Notes under the pieces: generated by a model
The model's database searches: none
Seen by the model: only the letters and a program-made list of their open reading frames with translations
What the model was told of the DNA's origin: nothing
Source: a virus
Lineage: Duplodnaviria; Caudoviricetes
Direction: 5' to 3' (one strand)
Virus record (IMG/VR): IMGVR_UViG_3300048574_000389
Span: 1 to 41,545 of that record
DNA length: 41,545 bases
Translations under genes and position numbers: made by a program
Part shown: positions 1-8,538 of the stretch, in pieces
Layout of the letters: each line of letters opens with the position of its first letter
Numbering within the stretch: position 1 is the first letter of the stretch

Positions 1-2487
1 ATGACAGACAATCTCTACAACACGCAGGTCGCCCTTGAGGAGGAAGCTCGGGGGCTGACGATCCAAAAGTTCCATAAAGATCACTTAAAGGGTACCTTAG
101 AGGACACCTTTAGTGAAACCTTCATTGGTTCTTCTCTCCTTGGAAACTACTTAGTTCCCTATACCGCCGCCATCACCGAATGGCTGGCATCGTCCAATTC
201 AGGTAAGGCAGGAAGGCGTAGTCGAGCGTCGGTTCTGGTCGAGAAAGTTGACCCCGCGCTCCTCGCCTTCCTGATGCTCAAAGCGATCCTCAACAAGGTT
301 GGTCTCTACCAGGAAGGTAGTTCGACCACGTTCACCGCTCTCGCCATCTACGGCGCGGGTCTCATTCACGATGAACTCCGGCTCCGCGAGTTCGACAAAG
401 AGCACTCCAAGCTATCCAAGCGCATCCACGCCGACTTCGCATCCCGCGAGTTGCCCCGTGAGAAGCGCGAGGAGTACATGCAGAAGGCCTTCGCCAAGGT
501 GGACATGGAATGGTCCGTCTGGTCGAAGACCGAGATGGTCCAAGTAGGAGCCGCGCTCCTGGATGTCTTCCGGGCAGCAACCGGCGACATCTCGATCCGC
601 ACCGAAGGTGTCGGCAAGGCCAAGCGTGACGTTGTCGACCCCTCCGAGGGCCTCTTGAAGGCCGTCGAGATGATCGCGGAACACTGCGAAGCGTTGTTCA
701 CCACGCACTTCCCGACAGTGATCCCCCCGAAGCCGTGGGCGGCTGACACGCTTGAGAGTGGTAACTACTTCACCCTCAACGTGACCCCGTACCCGCTGGT
801 CAAGTCGTCCAAGAAGGTCTACCGCCGCATCCTCCGGGACGCTGTGGAGGCCGGGAAGCTCGACCGGGTGCTCAAGGCGCTCAACGCCCTCCAGAACACC
901 CGCTGGTCCGTCAATACCCGCGCTCTCGATGCAATCGAGGCTGTCTACGCCCGGAACATCCCCTGTGGGAAGCTCCCCAGGGCCGACCGCCAGATACCGG
1001 ACCCGCCCCCTAAGTCCCTTGAGGACCTCCCGGCGGATCACCCGGACGTCAAGGCGTACCGCGTGTATTGCTTCGGCGTCCACGAAGGAAACCGGCGAGT
1101 GATAGGGAAGCGCGTGATGGCCTCAAGAGCCTTCGCCGTGGCCCGGAAGTTCTCCGAGTACGAGGCAATCTACTTCCCGCACGACCTGGACAGCCGGGGC
1201 AGGGCATATCCCAAGCCCTCCGGCCTGAACCCCCAGGGACCCGACTACGTCAAGGGCATCCTCCAGTTCTCCGAAGCCAAGACGCTCGGCAAGGACGGGG
1301 TCTATTGGCTCGGCATCCACGGCGCTAACTGCCACGGCAAGGATAAGCTTCCTCTCGGTGAGCGGTACGCATGGGCAGTCGAGAACGTAGACCTGGCTCG
1401 GAGGATCGCGGGTGACCCACTGAGGCACACTGAGTGGACGCGCTGCGACAACCCTGTCCAGTTCCTCGCATGGTGCTTCGAGTGGGCCGAGGCTCACGTC
1501 TATGGTGACCCGGCGATCTACAAGTCGCGTCTCCATGTGGACCTCGACGCAACCTGCTCTGGCCTCCAGCACTTCTCGGCAATGCTCCGGGACGCTGTTG
1601 GTGGGTTTCACGTCAACATGACGCCGAACGACAAGCGACAGGACGTCTATGGGGCCGTCGCCAAGGAAGCGATCAAGCTGATCGAGGCCGAGGATGACGA
1701 CGAGAAGAAGCCGCTCGCAGCCAAGTGGCTTGAGTTCGGCATGACCCGCAGCACGACCAAGCGATCGGTCATGGTGAAGCCCTACGCTGGCACCCGCCAG
1801 TCTTGCACCAACTACGTCTCCCAGGCGGTCGAAGAGGCCCTCCAGTACGGCGTAGCCATGCCGTTCCCACGGGAACTCATGTGGGAGTTCAAGATGTACG
1901 GCGCTGACAAGGTCTGGAAGTCCATCCCGAAAGTGGTGGTCGCCGCCGATGTGGCCATGCAATGGCTCATGACGGTCTCGCGCCTTGTCGGACGGTCGCA
2001 GCCGAAGGAACGCCGTATCGAATGGGTGACCCCTGTGGGCTTCCCGGTACACCAGTACAAGTTCGACACTCGGTCTAGACGCATAGAGACCTTCTTCGAT
2101 GGCAAGCGCCTCCAGCCTCGGATCACCGAGGACCTGGACAGCCTCGACCCTCGCCAGATGGCAACCTCGGTGGCCCCGTCGTTCGTCCACTCGCTGGACG
2201 CGGCGCATCTCCAGGCAACCATCGCCGACGCTTCGGACGAGGGCATCACCGACTTCGCCGCTGTCCACGACAGCTTCGGGGTTCATGCCTGTGATGTCGC
2301 CCGGTTCACCACGATCATCCGTCAGGCCTTCGTGGACATGTATGAGGAACACGACGTTCTCGCCGAGTTCCTTGAGACTGCGCTTCCCTTCATCGCCGCT
2401 GATCTGCGGGATGATGTTCCCCCGCTTCCCCAGAAGGGCAATCTGGACCTCCAGGGCATCCTTCAAAACCAGTTCTTCTTTTCCTGA
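1..2487 (+). CDS. T7-like single-subunit DNA-directed RNA polymerase (gp1 homologue)
   Basis: 828 aa; DSRGRAYP, DATCSGLQHFSAML, RSTTKRSVMVKPY, PSFVHSLDAAHL, AVHDSFG, C-terminal FFFS. Confidence 0.98.
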   Translation: MTDNLYNTQVALEEEARGLTIQKFHKDHLKGTLEDTFSETFIGSSLLGNYLVPYTAAITEWLASSNSGKAGRRSRASVLVEKVDPALLAFLMLKAILNKVGLYQEGSSTTFTALAIYGAGLIHDELRLREFDKEHSKLSKRIHADFASRELPREKREEYMQKAFAKVDMEWSVWSKTEMVQVGAALLDVFRAATGDISIRTEGVGKAKRDVVDPSEGLLKAVEMIAEHCEALFTTHFPTVIPPKPWAADTLESGNYFTLNVTPYPLVKSSKKVYRRILRDAVEAGKLDRVLKALNALQNTRWSVNTRALDAIEAVYARNIPCGKLPRADRQIPDPPPKSLEDLPADHPDVKAYRVYCFGVHEGNRRVIGKRVMASRAFAVARKFSEYEAIYFPHDLDSRGRAYPKPSGLNPQGPDYVKGILQFSEAKTLGKDGVYWLGIHGANCHGKDKLPLGERYAWAVENVDLARRIAGDPLRHTEWTRCDNPVQFLAWCFEWAEAHVYGDPAIYKSRLHVDLDATCSGLQHFSAMLRDAVGGFHVNMTPNDKRQDVYGAVAKEAIKLIEAEDDDEKKPLAAKWLEFGMTRSTTKRSVMVKPYAGTRQSCTNYVSQAVEEALQYGVAMPFPRELMWEFKMYGADKVWKSIPKVVVAADVAMQWLMTVSRLVGRSQPKERRIEWVTPVGFPVHQYKFDTRSRRIETFFDGKRLQPRITEDLDSLDPRQMATSVAPSFVHSLDAAHLQATIADASDEGITDFAAVHDSFGVHACDVARFTTIIRQAFVDMYEEHDVLAEFLETALPFIAADLRDDVPPLPQKGNLDLQGILQNQFFFS

Positions 2488-2493
2488 AACTCT

Positions 2494-2511
2494 CTACGAT
2501 AACGGAGAAAA
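2494..2511 (+). promoter_or_regulatory. Repeated 18-bp motif copy (CTACGATAACGGAGAAAA): phage promoter or operator
   Basis: Near-identical copies at 3550, 7195, 33057; degenerate copies at 32823 and 37975; sits immediately after the RNAP stop. Confidence 0.6.
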
Positions 2512-2515
2512 TAGC

Positions 2516-2878
2516 ATGACGAAGTTCAAAGTTGGTGACAAGGTTCGCCGCACGTACCGATCGGGACACCTTGGAGTCTGGCAGGGAGATTGTGGCATCG
2601 TGACCGCAGTGTCGCGCGATGGTCAGTACATCCAACTAGAAGGCATCAATTCAACCAGCAATTTTCCCTTCTCAGCGTCGGCCTTCGAACTCGTAGAAGC
2701 CGCTCCGGCTCCTGTACCGCCATCCCTCCCGCTCACCTTCGTCCTCAAGATGGACCGTGAGATCGCCAAGGCGGGAGGCTCCCACGGTATCCTAGAAGAC
2801 TGCCTCGACCGTCCGCTGAACGAGTTCATCCAGCACGTCATGATCCCGAACAACATCACCCTCCAGTTCAACAGCTAA
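2516..2878 (+). CDS. Hypothetical protein with N-terminal KFKVGDKV SH3/KOW-like start
   Basis: ATG 2516 behind GGAGA; in frame with the 2099..2878 ORF. Confidence 0.75.
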   Translation: MTKFKVGDKVRRTYRSGHLGVWQGDCGIVTAVSRDGQYIQLEGINSTSNFPFSASAFELVEAAPAPVPPSLPLTFVLKMDREIAKAGGSHGILEDCLDRPLNEFIQHVMIPNNITLQFNS

Positions 2879-2892
2879 CCGGGAGTTCCCCC

Positions 2893-3012
2893 GTGGCTTC
2901 ATCCTTGTTTGACGAGTTCGACCGACCGCTCCCGCCGTTCTACCTGCCCCCGGCGGCGGTGATCATCTCCATACTCGCCGTCATCATTTCCGTCATCATC
3001 TCGATCCAGTGA
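2893..3012 (+). CDS. Small membrane protein (39 aa)
   Basis: GGGAG then GTG; MASSLFDEFDRPLPPFYLPPAAVIISILAVIISVIISIQ has a hydrophobic C-terminus; fills the intergenic gap. Confidence 0.55.
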   Translation: MASSLFDEFDRPLPPFYLPPAAVIISILAVIISVIISIQ

Positions 3013-3020
3013 GGTCCCCA

Positions 3021-3260
3021 ATGTTCCCCTTCACTCCGACCACCGCCAGGGCTCTCAAGGGCCTGAACCGCGCCCTGGCAACCCTCAAGGCCGCTGAGGC
3101 CGCTGCGGACCGCAAGGTTCTCGCCGAGGAGCGCCTGATCGACAAGCACTTCGCCCGGAAGGGCGTGGCACTCGAAGAGCGCGACCGGGCCACCCGCGTC
3201 AGCGCGACCGGGCCACCCGCGTCAGCGCGAAACTCGAAGACCTCCTGGCGTAAGGATTAG
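3021..3260 (+). CDS. Small helical protein (T7 gp4.3-like), C-terminus frameshifted by a 23-bp duplication
   Basis: GAGG-ATG 3021; Ala-rich helix; removing one repeat copy gives ...RATRVSAKLEDLLA-stop. Confidence 0.65.
   Translation: MFPFTPTTARALKGLNRALATLKAAEAAADRKVLAEERLIDKHFARKGVALEERDRATRVSATGPPASARNSKTSWRKD
3178..3230 (+). repeat. Tandem duplication of 23 bp (AGCGCGACCGGGCCACCCGCGTC x2 + AGCGCGA)
   Basis: Exact copies at 3178-3200 and 3201-3223. Confidence 0.95.
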
Positions 3261-3264
3261 ACCC

Positions 3265-3516
3265 ATGAACGAATTTCATACCATTCTCCAGGAAACGCGG
3301 GACACCGAGCGCCGCAGCGACCTGACCAATCTCGCCAACGCGCTGCTCCGTGTCCAGGCCGACATGAAACACGCCCGTAAGCGCCTTGATGACCTGTCCG
3401 CACTCCACCTGGAAATCGAACAGGTCGCTGGAGACCGCGAGGCCGGTGACGTTCCATATGAGCGCATCAAGGACGTCTACGAACGCTCCCAAGGCTACGA
3501 CCGCAAGTCTCGCTGA
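3265..3516 (+). CDS. Hypothetical protein
   Basis: 83-aa ORF, phage-like codon usage, tiles with neighbours. Confidence 0.75.
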   Translation: MNEFHTILQETRDTERRSDLTNLANALLRVQADMKHARKRLDDLSALHLEIEQVAGDREAGDVPYERIKDVYERSQGYDRKSR

Positions 3517-3549
3517 CACCACCATCAATCCCTCCCTGCATTCAATTCC

Positions 3550-3567
3550 CTACGATAACGAAGAAAA
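3550..3567 (+). promoter_or_regulatory. Repeated 18-bp motif copy (CTACGATAACGAAGAAAA)
   Basis: Intergenic, upstream of ATG 3576. Confidence 0.6.
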
Positions 3568-3575
3568 GAGACTAC

Positions 3576-3803
3576 ATGACCCCGACTGCACAGATGCGCA
3601 TCATCCGCTCCAACGCTCGCTACGTCGAAGCCTCGGTTCACTACAACCGCCGCAAGTTCGACAAGAAGTTCGAAATCGTCGCCCGTCTGCGAGACGACGC
3701 CCTGGAAGACCTCGGCGTCACCATTGGCGGCGAGATTGTCCTGGACGTCCGCGACGACCGGATCGAGGCGCTCGAAAGCGTCAAGTTCTTCCGCAACCAC
3801 TAA
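3576..3803 (+). CDS. Hypothetical protein
   Basis: 75-aa ORF, tiles with neighbours. Confidence 0.7.
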   Translation: MTPTAQMRIIRSNARYVEASVHYNRRKFDKKFEIVARLRDDALEDLGVTIGGEIVLDVRDDRIEALESVKFFRNH

Positions 3804-3813
3804 GGAGCCGACC

Positions 3814-4095
3814 ATGCGAGCACGACGCTGCCCAGGCTGTGGTGACATGTTCTACGTGAACCCCGAGCACCCCTCAGACCAATGCCAGAACTGCGACGGG
3901 TCTCACGATCCGTCCGCACAGGCCAAACAGGACGCCGACCGGATTGCCCAGGTGAACACTGCCCGGGTCGCCGGTCGCCGCCAGACGGTGGACCTCCGAA
4001 CCCTCCAGGAAGCACAGGCCGCAGCGGCGACTGCGGCTTCGGATGCGGTCGCTGAGGCCACCCAGTCCACGCGAGGACGCCGCTCCAATGCATAG
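3814..4095 (+). CDS. Hypothetical Zn-ribbon protein
   Basis: AAGGAG RBS, ATG 3814; CPGC...CQNC. Confidence 0.7.
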   Translation: MRARRCPGCGDMFYVNPEHPSDQCQNCDGSHDPSAQAKQDADRIAQVNTARVAGRRQTVDLRTLQEAQAAAATAASDAVAEATQSTRGRRSNA

Positions 4096-4354
4096 CGCAT
4101 ACGCAATACTGCTCCCGGATCGCTCCAACGCGCTCTACTCAGCCGACAACCCGGGCGAGGTCATTGAACTCGTCCTGGAACAGGTTCTCCGCCCTGCGGA
4201 TGACCAGGACTTCTCCGACGCGATCCAGGACGACTGGGACGACGAGGAGCTTCGCCTGGAGGTCTTCGGTCCGCACTTCACCGAAGAGACCCTCAAGGAC
4301 ACTCTCGATCTCTGCGAATACGTAGAGGCTATCTCCAAAGGCTACATTCTTTAA
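4088..4354 (+). CDS. Hypothetical acidic protein
   Basis: GAGG upstream of ATG 4088; stop overlaps the SSB start (TAATG). Confidence 0.7.
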   Translation: MHSAYAILLPDRSNALYSADNPGEVIELVLEQVLRPADDQDFSDAIQDDWDDEELRLEVFGPHFTEETLKDTLDLCEYVEAISKGYIL

Positions 4355-4965
4355 TGGCAAATCCGATCCTGACACTCGCGAAGGGTGTCGCAGTTTATCC
4401 GGCACTGAACCGCCCGGACACCAAATTCGATGAACTCGGTCAGTACAAGGCCGACGTCAAGCTCAGCGCCGAGGACGCTGCGCCGTTCATCTCCAAAATC
4501 CAGGCAGTCGCCAAGGAACACATGGGCAAGGTAATGCCCAAGGCCAAGAACTCGTGCTTCGAGATGGTCCTGAACGATGACGGCGAGGAGACCGGTGAGG
4601 TTCTCTTCAAGGTCCGCGTGAAGAACAAGCTCCGCAAGAGCGACGGCAAGCTGTGGGACCGGCGACCGCTGGTGATCGACGCCAAGAAGAAGGACCTCCC
4701 GGTAGACGTGGCGATCTGGGGCGGCTCGGTGATCCGAGTGCAGCTTGAGGTCTACCCGTGGAACACCGGGGCCAAGAAGGGCATCTCGCTCCAGCCGATC
4801 ATGGTTCAGGTCATCGACCTCGTAACCGGCGGCGGTCGCGGTGATGCTGCCGCCTTCGATGAGGAGGACGGCTACGAGGCAGACGAGGAAACCGTCGCCA
4901 ACACGAGCGCCTTCGATGACGAAGACGACGATGCAACCCCTGACACGAGCGATGACGACTACTAA
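4354..4965 (+). CDS. Single-stranded DNA-binding protein (gp2.5 homologue)
   Basis: YPALNRPDTKF, IWGGS, GISLQPIMVQVIDL, acidic tail ending in an aromatic residue. Confidence 0.93.
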   Translation: MANPILTLAKGVAVYPALNRPDTKFDELGQYKADVKLSAEDAAPFISKIQAVAKEHMGKVMPKAKNSCFEMVLNDDGEETGEVLFKVRVKNKLRKSDGKLWDRRPLVIDAKKKDLPVDVAIWGGSVIRVQLEVYPWNTGAKKGISLQPIMVQVIDLVTGGGRGDAAAFDEEDGYEADEETVANTSAFDDEDDDATPDTSDDDY

Positions 4966-5344
4966 TCGTTATCGCTCCGGTCTGGAGAGAACAGTGGCCC
5001 GTCAACTGGAGTTGGCGGGTCGCTCCTTCGGGTTTGAAGAAGACAAGATCGAGTACATCAAACCCGCACGTCGCGCCAAGTACAACCCAGACTTTCACGT
5101 CCTCAAGAAACGTGACGGCTCCAAGATGTACCTGGAGAGCAAGGGCCGCTTCCTCACCGAGGACCGCGCCAAGCATCTCCTGATCCGCGACCAACACCCC
5201 GAGTTGGACATCCGCTTCGTGTTCCAGAACGCGAACGCGAAGATCAGTAAGACCTCGACCACGACCTACGCCAAGTGGTGTCGCGACAAGGGCTTCAAGT
5301 TCTCCGACAAGGGCATCATTCCGAAAGAATGGCTCCAAGAATGA
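4952..5344 (+). CDS. Endonuclease I / Holliday junction resolvase (gp3 homologue)
   Basis: YRSGLE, YNPDF, ESKGRF, HPELDIRFVF, TTYAKWC. Confidence 0.95.
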   Translation: MTTTNRYRSGLERTVARQLELAGRSFGFEEDKIEYIKPARRAKYNPDFHVLKKRDGSKMYLESKGRFLTEDRAKHLLIRDQHPELDIRFVFQNANAKISKTSTTTYAKWCRDKGFKFSDKGIIPKEWLQE

Positions 5345-5538
5345 AGTATGCTTTCCGCATCTGGTGCGAGTGGGACATCGGCCAAGAGTATGCCGTTTAC
5401 GCGACCGAGGAGGCCGCACGGCGATCCCTCAAGGACGACCTGAATATCCAGGAAATCCTCAGGAACGACGGGTGCACCCTGGAGGACCTCTTTAACGAAG
5501 GTATCGTCAGTATCGGGCAGGTGGCGTTCGTTGAGTGA
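5341..5538 (+). CDS. Hypothetical protein
   Basis: ATGA overlap with the endonuclease stop. Confidence 0.65.
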   Translation: MKYAFRIWCEWDIGQEYAVYATEEAARRSLKDDLNIQEILRNDGCTLEDLFNEGIVSIGQVAFVE

Positions 5539-7225
5539 AGCAATCCTGACGCACCAACCGTGCCCAGACTGCACGTCGTCTGACGCCCTCTCGATCTACC
5601 CCGATCACACCTATTGCTACTCCTGCGAGAAGTACACCAAGACCGATGACGATGGATCGCCCATTTCTGAGCATCGCGCTCGTGATACCTCAGAGAGCCC
5701 TCCAGACCTTTACCGATGCACCTACAGTGCCCTCGCGAAGCGCGGGATCAACGAGGAAACCGCCCGGTTCTGGTCCTATGGCCGGACTGACCTTCGTGGA
5801 AAATCCGTCCATTGCGCCAACTACCTTGATGATAACCGCAGAGTCGTCGCCCAAAAGCTTCGCCTCCCGGACAAGACGTTCCCCTGGACCAACCGATCAG
5901 CTTTCCATGGCCTCTACGGTCAATGGCTCTGGCGTGACGGTGGTCGCCAAGTGGTCATCACCGAGGGTGAACTTGATGCCCTGAGCGTCTCCCAGGTCCA
6001 GCAAAACAAGTGGCCCGTGGTGTCCCTCGTGGACGGCGGCGGGAAGAACGCGTTGCGCCCGATCAAGGAGGCCTACGAGTGGCTCCAGAAGTTCGAGAAG
6101 ATCATCCTGTTCTTCGACAACGACGAGAAGGGCCGCGCTACGGTCGATCTGGTCAAGAAGATGCTGCCAATCGGAAAGGTCTACATCGCGTTCGCCCCTG
6201 AGGGCTACAAGGACGCCAACGACCTCCTGATGGCTGGTAAGGGCAAGCTGATCATCGACACGATCTGGGGAGCCAAGCACTACACCCCGGAAGGCATCGT
6301 GACCGGCTCGGCGATCCTAGATCGTCTCCGCAACCGCCCGAAGGTCCAAGCCTACCCCTATCCAGACTTCATGGAACAACTCAATCACAAGACCGGCGGA
6401 GGCTTCCGCCTCGGCGAGTTGGACACCTGGACGTCAGGCACCGGCATGGGCAAGACGACCATCATCAAGGCGTTGCAGAACTGGGTGTTCCACACCACAG
6501 CGTTCAATCAGGCCCTCATTCACCTTGAGGAACCCCTGGAGGACACCGGCGACGACCTGATCGCCTACGAGGTTGGCAAGCGCTTCCAGATCGATGACCC
6601 GGACTTCAAGGACACCTTGGAGTACAGCGAGGTCGCCGAGAAGCTCTTCCTCGCGAAGGACGCTGAGGGCCACCCCCGGCTCCAGCTTTACGACGCCTTC
6701 GGTTCCCTTGAGGACGAGAGCCTCTACAGCACCATACGCTATCTGGCCCAGGCTTGCGGCGTGAAGGTGTTCTGGCTCGACCATCTGTCCATCCTCGTGT
6801 CCGACATGGGCGACGACGGCGGTGACGAGCGCAAGAGGATCGACAGCATCATGCACAACCTCAAGTCCCTCACGGTCGAACTTGGCATCTACATCGGCCT
6901 GATCTCGCACCTGAGGAAACCCCCGGGTAACGGGAAGTCCTTCGAGCAGGGCGCTGTCCCGTCGCTGGACGACCTTCGCGGCTCCGGCGGCATCAAGCAG
7001 TTGTCCAACGGGGTCTTCGCGATCTCCCGAGACCAACAGGCAGATGACCCCGAGGTTCGCAACACGTCCACGATCACGGTGCTCAAGTGCCGCAAGACCG
7101 GACGAACAGGTACCGCGGATTTTCTGACTTTCTCCGACGCCACAGGGCGCATCGAGAAGGGCAGGGACCCCGCACTTTCCGCTGGCAAAAATGCCTTCGA
7201 TAACGAAGAGAACGGAGAATACTGA
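5531..7225 (+). CDS. Primase-helicase (gp4 homologue)
   Basis: Zn finger CPDC...CYSC, TOPRIM ITEGELDA and FDND, Walker A SGTGMGKTT, LDHLSI, DLRGSGGIKQLS; TTG start. Confidence 0.96.
   Translation: MSEAILTHQPCPDCTSSDALSIYPDHTYCYSCEKYTKTDDDGSPISEHRARDTSESPPDLYRCTYSALAKRGINEETARFWSYGRTDLRGKSVHCANYLDDNRRVVAQKLRLPDKTFPWTNRSAFHGLYGQWLWRDGGRQVVITEGELDALSVSQVQQNKWPVVSLVDGGGKNALRPIKEAYEWLQKFEKIILFFDNDEKGRATVDLVKKMLPIGKVYIAFAPEGYKDANDLLMAGKGKLIIDTIWGAKHYTPEGIVTGSAILDRLRNRPKVQAYPYPDFMEQLNHKTGGGFRLGELDTWTSGTGMGKTTIIKALQNWVFHTTAFNQALIHLEEPLEDTGDDLIAYEVGKRFQIDDPDFKDTLEYSEVAEKLFLAKDAEGHPRLQLYDAFGSLEDESLYSTIRYLAQACGVKVFWLDHLSILVSDMGDDGGDERKRIDSIMHNLKSLTVELGIYIGLISHLRKPPGNGKSFEQGAVPSLDDLRGSGGIKQLSNGVFAISRDQQADDPEVRNTSTITVLKCRKTGRTGTADFLTFSDATGRIEKGRDPALSAGKNAFDNEENGEY
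7195..7212 (+). promoter_or_regulatory. Repeated 18-bp motif copy (CTTCGATAACGAAGAGAA)
   Basis: At the 3' end of the helicase gene, upstream of the next ATG. Confidence 0.5.
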
Positions 7226-7728
7226 TGGAAGACAAGGTTACGCAAGCAGACCTCGCGGCTGGTTATTCGCTCGCCGCGTGGCTCCCTGGGGCTTTTGTGA
7301 GTGGCTCTGCGATCCTGGACCTCGACACGGCCAAGGATGTTGACGTCGTTGTTCCGGCTTCATCGTGGAGCCCGAGCGCCGCGTTCCTCCAGAGTTATGG
7401 TCTGGAGAGCTACGAACCGCTGGAAGACGCAGCGTATGCGGCGGATGTGACGGCAAACGAGATCGTTGCTCTCTATCGCGGACGTAACAAGATCAATGTG
7501 ATCGTCGTGAGCGATCTCTACTATCCTGCGTATAAGGCCGGGGAACTAGAGTACCTCAGGAACCCCCAACTCTACGTCAACAGCAAGCCTGTGCGCGAGG
7601 CGCTACACAAGGACATGAAGGCGGAAATCCGCTCGATGTTGGACGGCTCGTGGCAGGAGAAGCACCGAACGCCGGTCGCTGTCACCGGCCCTCATGGAAT
7701 GCCCGTATTCTGGGGGTTTGGAGCCTGA
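7225..7728 (+). CDS. Putative Pol-beta-superfamily nucleotidyltransferase
   Basis: VSGS...KDVDVVV (GS + DxD) and a later hydrophobic strand INVIVV. Confidence 0.6.
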   Translation: MEDKVTQADLAAGYSLAAWLPGAFVSGSAILDLDTAKDVDVVVPASSWSPSAAFLQSYGLESYEPLEDAAYAADVTANEIVALYRGRNKINVIVVSDLYYPAYKAGELEYLRNPQLYVNSKPVREALHKDMKAEIRSMLDGSWQEKHRTPVAVTGPHGMPVFWGFGA

Positions 7729-7883
7729 TGACCGACACTGTGACAATCACCCGCAAGGAATACGAGAGCCTCCTGGAGGACTCCGCGTTCCTCCGTCGCC
7801 TGGAAGCGGCAGGGGTGGACAATTGGGAGTGGTATCACTTGGCCTTCCCCGATGAAGAAGAAGACGGGGACTTTGACGACTGA
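7728..7883 (+). CDS. Small conserved phage protein (LEAAGVDNWEWY type)
   Basis: TGATG overlap; motif TVTITRKEYESL..D..FL..LEAAGVDNW is common in phages. Confidence 0.75.
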   Translation: MTDTVTITRKEYESLLEDSAFLRRLEAAGVDNWEWYHLAFPDEEEDGDFDD

Positions 7884-8022
7884 TCCCGACCGCGTTTTCC
7901 ACCGCGCAGAGCGGCTGACCCTTGAGGCCACCGCCGAACCCAAACTGATCCCCGAATACACCGAAGCAATGAAACAGGCCCGGGCACTTGAAGGTGCTCC
8001 CGGCTGGAAAGGACGAACCAAA

Positions 8023-8253
8023 ATGACGCAAGTCGAGAAAATCCTGAACCATATCAAGAAGAACGGCTCGATCACGCAGCGCGAAGCCTACCTGGACTAT
8101 GGCATCCAGAGCTTCCACCGCCGCCTCTCGGACATCCGCGAGATGGGCATCACGTTGCTCCCTGTACAGAAGGTGCACCCGACTACCGGGCAGGAGTACA
8201 CGCGCTATTTCATGGCCGGTGATAAGGCCAACGGCAAGGCCCGGAAGTCCTGA
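8023..8253 (+). CDS. Winged helix-turn-helix DNA-binding protein (start may be further upstream)
   Basis: AAAGGA RBS; MTQVEKILNHIKKNGSITQREAYLDYGIQSFHRRLSDIREMG pattern. Confidence 0.75.
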   Translation: MTQVEKILNHIKKNGSITQREAYLDYGIQSFHRRLSDIREMGITLLPVQKVHPTTGQEYTRYFMAGDKANGKARKS

Positions 8254-8375
8254 TGGACCTCGGGGGAATTGCGGTAATCGCCGCCACACTGCCCTTCCTT
8301 ATCTTGGTTTGGGCCGTGACCATCTACGCAGTCGTTGGGCTGTCTAAGGACTTGGCTAAGGCCTTTCGCAAGTGA
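8253..8375 (+). CDS. Small membrane protein (40 aa)
   Basis: TGATG overlap; MDLGGIAVIAATLPFLILVWAVTIYAVVGLSKDLAKAFRK. Confidence 0.55.
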   Translation: MDLGGIAVIAATLPFLILVWAVTIYAVVGLSKDLAKAFRK

Positions 8376-8521
8376 ACTCTCACACCAACGAAAATCTCCC
8401 AAGTGATCTCAAGGTCTCCCGCAAGGGGGACCTTCTTGTTTTAACGACACGGACCGCGACCATCTCGCTCACCTTCGAGCGCCGTCGCGAATTGGTTGAG
8501 GCCATCCTGTCGCTCTCATAG
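8372..8521 (+). CDS. Hypothetical protein (49 aa)
   Basis: GTGA overlap with the upstream stop; fills the gap before polA. Confidence 0.45.
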   Translation: MNSHTNENLPSDLKVSRKGDLLVLTTRTATISLTFERRRELVEAILSLS

Positions 8522-8538
8522 CGTACCGGGGCAACCCA

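Noticed and set aside
1123-2466. Long minus-strand ORFs (e.g. 1123-2466, 8380-9717, 14443-15642, 30196-31764)
   Set aside because: Antisense shadows of high-GC3 + strand genes; no motifs or RBS
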